A DNA stretch of 64,000 nt from Thermodesulfobacteriota bacterium (lineage in GTDB: Bacteria > Desulfobacterota > DSM-4660 > Desulfatiglandales > HGW-15). The stretch spans positions 26,984-90,983 of the forward strand of contig JBHPCX010000002.1 in NCBI GenBank assembly GCA_042573485.1, given 5' to 3'. Numbering within the stretch: position 1 is the first letter of the stretch; every line of letters starts with the position of its first letter. A model generated the notes under the pieces. That model was not told where the DNA came from and searched no databases. It saw only the letters and a list, made by a program, of their open reading frames with translations. Below are positions 27,153-35,624 of this stretch, piece after piece. A program made the position numbers and the translations under genes.

Positions 27153-28259
27153 ATGGTTAGCACCGGCGATGAAAAGATAACAAACAACAGCACTCTCTCT
27201 CTGCTTGATAATGCAAGCCCCAATGCTCCTATCATAGCTCCTGAACTGAAAACACAGGAACAGATTGCAGCAGATGTTAATATGCCTCTTGATGCAAGAT
27301 TAGAGGCTTATGAGGATATAATGGAATCTGAAGTTGGTGATACCACACTAACCAGATCCAGAAATATAGAAAGGGAAATAGGTTTAAGACAGATATACTT
27401 GAAATTTGAAGGCAGTAATCCGACAGGAGCACAGAAAGACAGGATAGCCTTTTCCCAGGCAATGGATGCCCTCAGAAGAGGATTTGATTCCATAACAGTA
27501 GCCACATGCGGAAATTATGGTGCCGCAATGGCCCTTGCCTCATCAATGGCAGGACTCAGATGCATAACCTATATCCCTGAAAACTATCATACTAATAGAA
27601 CACGCGAAATGGAGAATTTCGGAGTTGAAATTGTAAGAGTTCCCGGAGACTATGAAGCGGCAGTAACGGCATCAAAAGAAAGAGCGGAAAAGGATGAAAT
27701 ATACGATGCCAATCCCGGAGGGGCTAATACTGATATCCAGTTAAGGGCATACGGAGAAATCGCCTATGAAATTTACGATGAACTCAGGGATGCCCCGGCA
27801 GTCGTAGCAGTTCCTGTATCAAATGGAACCACACTGGCCGGAATATATAGAGGCTTTGTAAGTCTTTACAGGAGAGGCAAAACATCACGAATTCCAAAGA
27901 TAGTGGCAGGATCTTCACACGGGAAAAATCCAATAATAAAAGCCTATTTAAAAAATATACCCACCTGTGAAGATCTCGAACCAGGTGTTATACGTGAAAC
28001 CGCTATAAATGAACCTCTCATAAACTGGCATGCCATTGATGGAGATCTTGCACTTTCGGCCATTCGAAAAACAGGAGGCTGGGCAGCCTATGCCAGCGAC
28101 AGGAACATGCTTGCGCATTCAAGATTACTGAGGGAAAAGGAGGGATTAAATGTCCTTCCTGCCTCTACTGCAGGTTTGATTATACTTATTGACTACCACA
28201 AAAAAATGCCATTACCGGGTGATCGGTATGTTGTGCTGCTCACAGGGAGAAAATCATGA
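27153..28259 (+). CDS. Fold-type-II PLP-dependent enzyme, threonine-synthase / cysteine-synthase-like
   Basis: 368 aa. Schiff-base Lys context FEGSNPTGAQKDR, with TCGNYGAA and a phosphate loop PVSNGTTLAG. The C-terminal region (INEPLINWHAIDGDLALSAIRKTGGW..ASD) is like threonine synthase. RBS GGGAG. Confidence 0.65.
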   Translation: MVSTGDEKITNNSTLSLLDNASPNAPIIAPELKTQEQIAADVNMPLDARLEAYEDIMESEVGDTTLTRSRNIEREIGLRQIYLKFEGSNPTGAQKDRIAFSQAMDALRRGFDSITVATCGNYGAAMALASSMAGLRCITYIPENYHTNRTREMENFGVEIVRVPGDYEAAVTASKERAEKDEIYDANPGGANTDIQLRAYGEIAYEIYDELRDAPAVVAVPVSNGTTLAGIYRGFVSLYRRGKTSRIPKIVAGSSHGKNPIIKAYLKNIPTCEDLEPGVIRETAINEPLINWHAIDGDLALSAIRKTGGWAAYASDRNMLAHSRLLREKEGLNVLPASTAGLIILIDYHKKMPLPGDRYVVLLTGRKS

Positions 28260-29347
28260 TCAAATATCCTGAAGGAAACGCTATAGTTTACTGTGAAGGA
28301 GCTTTTGAAACTCCCAATGGGAAGACTGCCCATGGGTTGGTGAGAAGGACGGACAGGTATGATGTTCTGTCAGTAGTGGATTCAACTAAAGCCGGATTGG
28401 ACGCCGGCCTGCTGCTTGATGGTAAAGCTGCAGGCATACCTGTTCATGCAAGCATAAAGGAATCCTTGGATCATTTTTCCTTGTGGGGTCAAAAGCCTAC
28501 CCACCTTGTTATTGGTTTAGCACCCGATGGAGGGAGAATCAGCAAAAACGCAAAGGAAGATATTAAGGAAGCTATCAAGCTCGGTTTGAATATTGATTCC
28601 GGGCTTCATGACTTTTTATCAGAGGATGCTGAAATATCTAAATTGGCCAGAGAAAAAGGAGTTGAAATCAGGGATGTAAGGAAAACTCCTCCCAGAGAAG
28701 AACTTCATTTTTTTTCAGGTAAAATTGAAAAGGTCAAGTCATTGGTGATAGCCATACTTGGTACGGACAGCGCTATTGGTAAAAGGACAACTGCCTGGAT
28801 ACTAAAGGACGCCCTTGAAGATATGTCATACAAGGCTGAATTGATAGGTACGGGTCAGACAGCCTGGATGCAGGGTGTGCGTTATGGAATAATACTTGAT
28901 TCACTTATTAACGATTTTGTTTCCGGGGAAATTGAAGACGCTGTGTGGCAGGCCTGGCAGGAGGTTTCTCCTGACATTATCATAATTGAAGGTCAGGGAA
29001 GCCTTATGAATCCGGCATATCCAGGTGGATTTGAAATACTGGCAGCCGGAAGGCCTGATATTGTTGTACTTCAGCATGCTCCGGCCAGAAAGGAATATGA
29101 TGGTTTCCCCGGGTATGCCATACACCCTCTGGAAAAACAGATCCAAGCCATTCAGCTTCTTTCCGAAAAACACGTTGTTGCCGTTACAGTAAATCATGAG
29201 GGGCTTGAAAAAGAAACGATTCCATCCATTTGTGAAGAAATAACCCAAAGCACCGGTTTGCCCGCATTCGACGTGCTCCTGGAAGGTGCTAATGGTCTTG
29301 CCAAGCTGATCACAAGTCATCTGAAAAAATTCAGTAAAGCAGGGTAA
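28256..29347 (+). CDS. DUF1611-family P-loop protein (family of the D-glutamate N-acetyltransferase DgcN)
   Basis: 363 aa. N-terminus NAIVYCEGAFETPNGKTAHGLVR and the P-loop-like ILGTDSAIGKRTTA. The start overlaps the upstream stop (ATGA). Confidence 0.6.
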   Translation: MIKYPEGNAIVYCEGAFETPNGKTAHGLVRRTDRYDVLSVVDSTKAGLDAGLLLDGKAAGIPVHASIKESLDHFSLWGQKPTHLVIGLAPDGGRISKNAKEDIKEAIKLGLNIDSGLHDFLSEDAEISKLAREKGVEIRDVRKTPPREELHFFSGKIEKVKSLVIAILGTDSAIGKRTTAWILKDALEDMSYKAELIGTGQTAWMQGVRYGIILDSLINDFVSGEIEDAVWQAWQEVSPDIIIIEGQGSLMNPAYPGGFEILAAGRPDIVVLQHAPARKEYDGFPGYAIHPLEKQIQAIQLLSEKHVVAVTVNHEGLEKETIPSICEEITQSTGLPAFDVLLEGANGLAKLITSHLKKFSKAG

Positions 29348-29352
29348 TAGAC

Positions 29353-31689
29353 ATGTCTGAATTAAATTCTGACCCGCTGGAAATACTTAAAGTTATTCCT
29401 CTTATGGAAGTAGGTCCTGCGCGCTTGAAAGAGAATCGCATGCAGGTTTCTTACAGGATTAATAATGGAAAAGAAACTGATTCCTTTGACCTTATTTACA
29501 AGTTCGAAGAGCAGGTATTTATTCCCAATGACCCTGTTTCCATAAATTTAGCCAGTATTATTGCCGCACAGGTGGCGATCAATTACGGACTTTTTTGTGA
29601 GAAAATAATTTTCCATGGGTTATATGACAAAAATGATATAAACTTTATTAAAAAGGCTGCTGAAAATACTGCCAGAGAGATATATGTAAAAAAATTTCTT
29701 GAGCCCAATCCTTATCTAATCGGTTCCGCTTCTGAAATACCTTTAACAAAGAAGAAGAACTACTTAGCTGCCGAACTGGAGTTCGATAATAGTAACAAAA
29801 ATAGGATCGTCAAACAAAAAAAGGATCGGTCAATAAAGGGAAACAAGTGTGCCGTGCTTTCAAGCGGAGGAAAGGAGAGTCTTCTAACCTATGGTATCAT
29901 GAAGGAAATAGGATACGATACTCATCCTGTCTTCATAAATGAATCAGGAAGACACTGGTTTACCGCTCTCAATGCCTATCGTTATTTCAGTCCCAAAGTT
30001 CCTGAAACAGCCAGGGTCTGGACAAACGCTGACCGTGTTTTCAATCGTATGCTTAAACATCTGCCATTTATCCGTCCGGATTTTTCAAAACTGAGATCAG
30101 ACGAATATCCAATAAGACTCTGGACTGTAGCTGTTTTTCTTTTTGGCGCGCTTCCAATTATGAAAAAAAGAAATGTCCAATATCTCCTGGTAGGAGATGA
30201 ACATGATACAACTGAAAAAGTTAACTATAAGGGAATCCAACATTATGATGGCCTATTTGATCAAAGTATATTCTTTGATAGATTTATCACGGACTATTTT
30301 GAAAAAAAGGATTGGGGAATTAGCGTATTTTCCATACTGAGAACATTCTCCGAGTTCTTGATTGAGAAAGTACTTATTGAAAGATACCCATACTTGCAGG
30401 AACACCAGGTATCCTGTCACGCGAGCCATATGGAAGGCGAAAGGGTAAAGCCTTGCGGACATTGTGAAAAATGCAGGCGGGTTGTTGCTATGCTGTCAGC
30501 CCTTGACAGAGATCCTGTTCTTTGCGGATATACAAAAGAAAATATTAAACACTGTCTCAAAAGCCTTTCTATAAAAAGTATTCACCAGGAAATAAAGGCA
30601 ATAGAACATTTAAACTTCGTTTTAAATCAAAAGAGAATAGATGACTTTTCCGGTATAGTTTCCCATAAGGCGGCTGAGCATCCGGAAATTATGAAACTGC
30701 GTTTTGATCCGGAGAAATCACCTTTGGATTATGTTCCGGATGACCTTCATGTCCAAATATATGACCTGCTTAAAGATCACATACCGGGAGTAGTGAAGCG
30801 GGACGGGAAAGTATGGGTGGATTACAAACTTCCCAATCCTAAAAAGGCACCTGTTAAAAATGAAACAACAGGAAAATCAACCGTAAAAAATGTAAATATT
30901 AAGATTGAACATGATTATCTTCTTGGCGAACTTACCTGGCCTGAAGCTCAAAAAAAATTCAAAGAAGTTGATATAGCATTGTTGCCTGTTGGAGCCATTG
31001 AACAGCACGGGCCCCATCTTCCACTCGATTCGGATGCCTATGATGCAGAGTATCTTGCCAAAAAGGTTGCTGAATCCTGTAAAGATCCAAAACCGATTGT
31101 CATGCCCCTGATTCCCTATGGTGTGTCCTACCATCATGAAGATTTTAGCGGCACCATCAGTGTCAGCCCCGAAACACTTTCTGCTATTGTTTATGAGACA
31201 GGGATGAGCATAGCGCGCCATGGAATCAGGAAGTTGGTGATAATAAACGGGCATGGGGGAAACAGCCCTGCTCTTCATTTTGCTGCCCAGATGATAAACA
31301 GGGATGCACATATATTTACATGTGTGGATACAGGGGAGACAAGTGATCCTGATATAAATGCCATGACTGAAACACCAAATGATGTGCACGCCGGGGAGAT
31401 TGAAACCAGTACATCACTTGTTACACGTCCGGATCTTGTGAGATCAGACAAAATAAAGAAATTTATTCCCAGGTTTTCAAACCGATACCTGGATTTTACA
31501 TCAAAGAGAAGTATCGGCTGGTACGCTATGACATCAAAAATTTCAAAATCCGGTGTTATGGGTAATCCATTAAAGGCTAACAGGGAAAAGGGAATGCGAA
31601 TCTGGGATAGGATGATAAATAATCTCGTTGAATTTGTTGAAGATCTCAAAAAAATGACACTCGATGAAATCTACCAAAAACGGTATTGA
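29353..31689 (+). CDS. Three-part fusion: unknown N-domain, PP-loop ATP pyrophosphatase (QueC/Dph6-like), and creatininase-family amidohydrolase (MftE/ArfB family)
   Basis: 778 aa. PP-loop CAVLSSGGKES (nt 29851-29880). VGDEHD. Zinc knuckle SCH..PCGHCEKCRR. The C-terminal roughly 260 aa (from about nt 30904) carry LPVGAIEQHGPHLPLDSD and IINGHGGN, typical of creatininase. Confidence 0.6.
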   Translation: MSELNSDPLEILKVIPLMEVGPARLKENRMQVSYRINNGKETDSFDLIYKFEEQVFIPNDPVSINLASIIAAQVAINYGLFCEKIIFHGLYDKNDINFIKKAAENTAREIYVKKFLEPNPYLIGSASEIPLTKKKNYLAAELEFDNSNKNRIVKQKKDRSIKGNKCAVLSSGGKESLLTYGIMKEIGYDTHPVFINESGRHWFTALNAYRYFSPKVPETARVWTNADRVFNRMLKHLPFIRPDFSKLRSDEYPIRLWTVAVFLFGALPIMKKRNVQYLLVGDEHDTTEKVNYKGIQHYDGLFDQSIFFDRFITDYFEKKDWGISVFSILRTFSEFLIEKVLIERYPYLQEHQVSCHASHMEGERVKPCGHCEKCRRVVAMLSALDRDPVLCGYTKENIKHCLKSLSIKSIHQEIKAIEHLNFVLNQKRIDDFSGIVSHKAAEHPEIMKLRFDPEKSPLDYVPDDLHVQIYDLLKDHIPGVVKRDGKVWVDYKLPNPKKAPVKNETTGKSTVKNVNIKIEHDYLLGELTWPEAQKKFKEVDIALLPVGAIEQHGPHLPLDSDAYDAEYLAKKVAESCKDPKPIVMPLIPYGVSYHHEDFSGTISVSPETLSAIVYETGMSIARHGIRKLVIINGHGGNSPALHFAAQMINRDAHIFTCVDTGETSDPDINAMTETPNDVHAGEIETSTSLVTRPDLVRSDKIKKFIPRFSNRYLDFTSKRSIGWYAMTSKISKSGVMGNPLKANREKGMRIWDRMINNLVEFVEDLKKMTLDEIYQKRY

Positions 31690-31693
31690 GTAA

Positions 31694-32758
31694 ATGAAAA
31701 TTAGAAACATAGAAGCCTGGCCTGTATCCATGAAATTGAGTGAACCTTATTCGATAGCCTATGAGACTATTCATGAAGTCACCAATGTATTTATCCGTGT
31801 GGAAACCAGCAGAGGGATAAACGGGTTCGGATGCGCGGCACCTGATGAGAATATAACCGGTGAAACACCTGAGACTGTAATAAGGAGCCTGAATGACAAA
31901 ATATTTCCATTGATAAATGGCTCTGACGCCCTTAGACCCGTAATGCTCATTGAAAAACTTAGACCAACTTTAAAGGGAAATGCCTCTGCACTTGCCGCAA
32001 TAGATATGGCTCTTCTCGATATTCTCGGCAAAAGTTGCAATATCCCGCTGTGGAGGATTCTCGGAGGTTATAGGGACAGAATAAAAACGAGCGTCACTAT
32101 AGGGATATTACCCATTGCAGAGACAATTGAAAAAGCTATGGGTTGGGTAAACCAGGGATTTAGATGCCTCAAGCTAAAGGGAGGAATAGAAGTTGATTCT
32201 GATATACAGAAAATAATCAGGGTTCGGGAAGAAGTGGGGAAAAACATCGAGTTAAGGTTTGATGCCAATCAGGGTTATACACCTGAACAGGCAATAAGAT
32301 TTGTTAATGAAACAAGGAAGGCTAACCTTGAACTATTGGAACAACCAACCCCTAAAGGACAACCGGACCTGCTGAGGAGTGTTACAAATAAAGCCCATAT
32401 TCCGATTATGGCGGATGAAAGCCTCATGACTTTAAGAGACGCTTTCAGGATTGCCCGCCGTGAGCTGGCGGATATGGTTAATATTAAGTTGATGAAAGTG
32501 GGCGGAATAATGGAATCGCTCCAGATCAATTCGGTGGCAAGATCTGCCGGACTCGAAGTAATGGTTGGTTGTATGGATGAAGCAGGACTTGGAATTGCCG
32601 CAGGTCTTCACTTTGCTCTCGCGCGACCAAACGTTGCATACGCCGATCTGGACGGCAATATCGGTTTAATTGGTGACCCATCCTCTAATGCTTTAAAATT
32701 AAGAGATGGAATTCTTTACCCCAGCAATAAACCAGGCCTTGGATATGATCTGCCTTAG
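31694..32758 (+). CDS. Enolase-superfamily (MLE subgroup) dipeptide / N-acyl-amino-acid epimerase
   Basis: 354 aa. KxK motif CLKLKGG, metal ligands in RFDANQG, LEQP and MADES, and a second catalytic Lys in NIKLMKVGG. Confidence 0.75.
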   Translation: MKIRNIEAWPVSMKLSEPYSIAYETIHEVTNVFIRVETSRGINGFGCAAPDENITGETPETVIRSLNDKIFPLINGSDALRPVMLIEKLRPTLKGNASALAAIDMALLDILGKSCNIPLWRILGGYRDRIKTSVTIGILPIAETIEKAMGWVNQGFRCLKLKGGIEVDSDIQKIIRVREEVGKNIELRFDANQGYTPEQAIRFVNETRKANLELLEQPTPKGQPDLLRSVTNKAHIPIMADESLMTLRDAFRIARRELADMVNIKLMKVGGIMESLQINSVARSAGLEVMVGCMDEAGLGIAAGLHFALARPNVAYADLDGNIGLIGDPSSNALKLRDGILYPSNKPGLGYDLP

Positions 32759-32875
32759 GATTTTACAATAGGAAATAACATTTAAGAGATTAAATGTATT
32801 ATTTTAATAAACATGGCAAAATAGTGTAGAATAATTATTCAACATCCGCTATCTTATTGGTGGTTTCTTTTCTTA

Positions 32876-33313
32876 TTAAGTTCCGTTGTGTGAAATTAAT
32901 TTTTCTCGCTGGTAAACCAATATAGACGCAATACGGAGTGCGCCAAGCACAAACAAAACTGTAGAAAGAGCATATAACATTTCTTGCGCTATTTCATGCT
33001 TGAAAAGTGAAATAAGCATTTCACGTATTATGAAGACAATCGCAGAATCAATTATGAATGTAAGCCGGAGTTTATGTGAGTCGAAATAATCAATAAGAGA
33101 ACGGGATAGCTCAATCAACACATAAAGTGTGAGAACGTCTGCTATAACATTTATGTATTGTCCTGTGATCCCTTTGAATTTAAATAATTCCCATATAGTT
33201 ATGAATAATTGAACTGTGCCTATAGCGATACCAAGTATTATAAAAATGAGAATAATACCAAAAACAATATCTATTACCTTATTAAAATATTCACTAATTT
33301 TTTTACTTATCAT
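32876..33313 (-). CDS. PsiE-like small integral membrane protein
   Basis: 145 aa with 4 TM segments. The pattern VLTLYVLIELSRSLIDYF...IIREMLI resembles phosphate-starvation-inducible PsiE. Confidence 0.45.
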   Translation of the reverse strand: MISKKISEYFNKVIDIVFGIILIFIILGIAIGTVQLFITIWELFKFKGITGQYINVIADVLTLYVLIELSRSLIDYFDSHKLRLTFIIDSAIVFIIREMLISLFKHEIAQEMLYALSTVLFVLGALRIASILVYQREKLISHNGT

Positions 33314-33417
33314 TTCTTTTCCCTGTCACATAAGATTAGTTATTCATTAAAATGCTTCCTTTTGTCCTGATTAGATCATTTCACCTGCTTTTTTCAATTT
33401 AATATTTTTCTGATTTT

Positions 33418-34428
33418 TCAACATATCCTTGGTAATTGCTCGGCTGTAAGGGTATCTATGATTCGCTTTCCCCCTATCCTTGTCTTCATGACAACCATGC
33501 CCGGATTCTCCGAAACCACCTCTCCTATTACCCCAGCCTCCCTGCCATTGGTATCTCCTCTCATAACTTCAAAGGTTTTTTCCACTTCTTCCGGTGAAAC
33601 AAAAGCCAGAAGCTTTCCCTCATTCGCTAAATAGAGCGGATCAAAGCCCATTAACTCGCATATTCCCGCGACTTCATCCCTGACGAATATACTTTCTTCA
33701 TTTATAATAATCCCAACTCCTGAACTCATGGCGATCTCATTTAAGGCTGTACCGACACCTCCCCTGGTCGGGTCCCTTAATGCGTGTATTCCCCTGCTTG
33801 ATTCAAGCATAGAATTAACCATATGATTCAGGGCGGCTGTATCACTTGAAACCGGGCAATCAAAATTCATACCTTTTCTTTTCAGGAGTATTGCAATTCC
33901 ATGATCACCGACACTCCCACTGAGGATAATTTTATCCCCGGGTTTTGCATTGCGTCCCGATACATCAACACCTTCGGGAATTAGTCCTATACCTGATGTA
34001 TTTATAAAAATCCCATCCACAGATCCTTTCGGCACAACCTTGGTATCGCCTGTAACAATAATCACCCCTGCATCAAGGGCCGAAGCGTGCATGCTTTCAA
34101 GTATTTTATTGAGGTCCGACATGGAAAATCCTTCTTCAATAATCAGGCCTGAGCTTAAAAAAAGGGGCTCTGCACCGCACATGGCTATATCATTAACAGT
34201 ACCGTTGACTGCCAGGTCACCTATATTTCCCCCCGGGAAAAAAATAGGATCAACAGTGTAACTGTCCGTTGAAAATGCCAGCTTTATCCCATTGATATCA
34301 AGCACTGCTCCATCATCGAGATGGGATAGTACGGGATTTTCAAATAAGGGCAGAATCATCTCCGATATAAGGTTGTGAGATATCTTGCCTCCGCTCCCAT
34401 GGTCTAGCAGTATTTTATTATATTTCAT
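33418..34428 (-). CDS. hypE: Hydrogenase maturation protein HypE (carbamoyl dehydratase)
   Basis: 336 aa with an AIR-synthase-like fold and the C-terminal PRIC motif. Confidence 0.9.
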   Translation of the reverse strand: MKYNKILLDHGSGGKISHNLISEMILPLFENPVLSHLDDGAVLDINGIKLAFSTDSYTVDPIFFPGGNIGDLAVNGTVNDIAMCGAEPLFLSSGLIIEEGFSMSDLNKILESMHASALDAGVIIVTGDTKVVPKGSVDGIFINTSGIGLIPEGVDVSGRNAKPGDKIILSGSVGDHGIAILLKRKGMNFDCPVSSDTAALNHMVNSMLESSRGIHALRDPTRGGVGTALNEIAMSSGVGIIINEESIFVRDEVAGICELMGFDPLYLANEGKLLAFVSPEEVEKTFEVMRGDTNGREAGVIGEVVSENPGMVVMKTRIGGKRIIDTLTAEQLPRIC

Positions 34429-34499
34429 TATATATCCTTATGTAAAACATCCCGATTCAATAGTATGTTTTCGATATCCCTTATCAATAATTCTTCCCG

Positions 34500-35603
34500 T
34501 TATAAAACCTGCGTTTTGTCATAATATCGGTAATAAGCGGCGCAGGTGCCTTCACTTGAGACCATACACGGACCAATCGGGTTTATCGGAGTGCATATCT
34601 TCTTGTACGCAGGACATTCCGGTGGTATCTTCATACCTCTTAGAATATCACCGCAGGCGCATTCTTTTGACTCCGGGGATTTATGGACACAAATATTAAA
34701 AACTTTTTCCGCGTCATAATTCCGGAAGGCTTCTCTTATTTCCAGGCCGCTATCCCTGATCATACCCAGGCCTCTCCATGATGCGTCCTTTTTTATAAAT
34801 ACCCTGGACATGACCTCACAGGCCTTTCTATTGCCTTCAAAGGTAACAACCCGCTTATATGCATTGCTAAGCTCCGGACAGCCTTTTTCAATCTGTTCAA
34901 CTAATATGTTTATAGCCTGCAGTAAATCATTAGGCTCAAAACCAGCGATAACACTGGGAATCCGATACTTTTTAAAAAAAGAAGCGTATGCGTTTGTCCC
35001 TATTATTACGGAAACGTGTCCAGGCAGGATAAAACCATCAATCCTTATATCCTGGCTGTACATAAGGGCATCCAACGCCGGTGGGATAATCTTGAGGAAA
35101 GAATATACAAAAAAATTTTTAAGGCCTTTCTCATAGGCAGATATTATAGAAGCCGCGATTGTCGGGGCAGTAGTTTCAAAACCTACACCTGAAAAAACAA
35201 TCCTTTTATCCGGGTTTTCTTCGGCCAGTTTAAGGGCGTCAAGGATTGAATAGACAACCCTGATATCCCGACCTTCCCCACGCTCTTTTTGAAGGGAGGT
35301 ACTCGTTCCGGGAACTCTCATCATATCCCCGAAGGTCACGAGCATAACGTCATCATTGCGTCCTGTTTTAATAAATTTGTCGATCTCTTGTTGAGTAGTA
35401 ACGCATACGGGACATCCCGGGCCTGAAAGAAGATCGATGGTTGCAGGGAGCATTGATCTTATCCCGCTCCTGAAGATGGAGACGGTATGGGTTCCACACA
35501 CTTCCATAAGTCGCACATTCTTTTTGCTGTTCTTTTTTATATTGGCAAGGAGCTTCTCTGATATCTCAAGGTCCTTGTATTCCTCAATATGTTTAATTGG
35601 CAT
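34500..35603 (-). CDS. hypD: Hydrogenase maturation protein HypD
   Basis: 367 aa with GPGCPVCVT, GFETTAPT and PGHVSVI. Confidence 0.9.
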   Translation of the reverse strand: MPIKHIEEYKDLEISEKLLANIKKNSKKNVRLMEVCGTHTVSIFRSGIRSMLPATIDLLSGPGCPVCVTTQQEIDKFIKTGRNDDVMLVTFGDMMRVPGTSTSLQKERGEGRDIRVVYSILDALKLAEENPDKRIVFSGVGFETTAPTIAASIISAYEKGLKNFFVYSFLKIIPPALDALMYSQDIRIDGFILPGHVSVIIGTNAYASFFKKYRIPSVIAGFEPNDLLQAINILVEQIEKGCPELSNAYKRVVTFEGNRKACEVMSRVFIKKDASWRGLGMIRDSGLEIREAFRNYDAEKVFNICVHKSPESKECACGDILRGMKIPPECPAYKKICTPINPIGPCMVSSEGTCAAYYRYYDKTQVL

Positions 35604-35624
35604 GACATATCCATATGATTTATT

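Noticed and set aside
32759-32875. AT-rich hairpin (AACATTTAA-gagat-TTAAATGT) between the convergent epimerase and PsiE-like genes as a terminator
   Set aside because: The stem is entirely A/T with one mismatch, so predicted stability is too low for me to call it a terminator.
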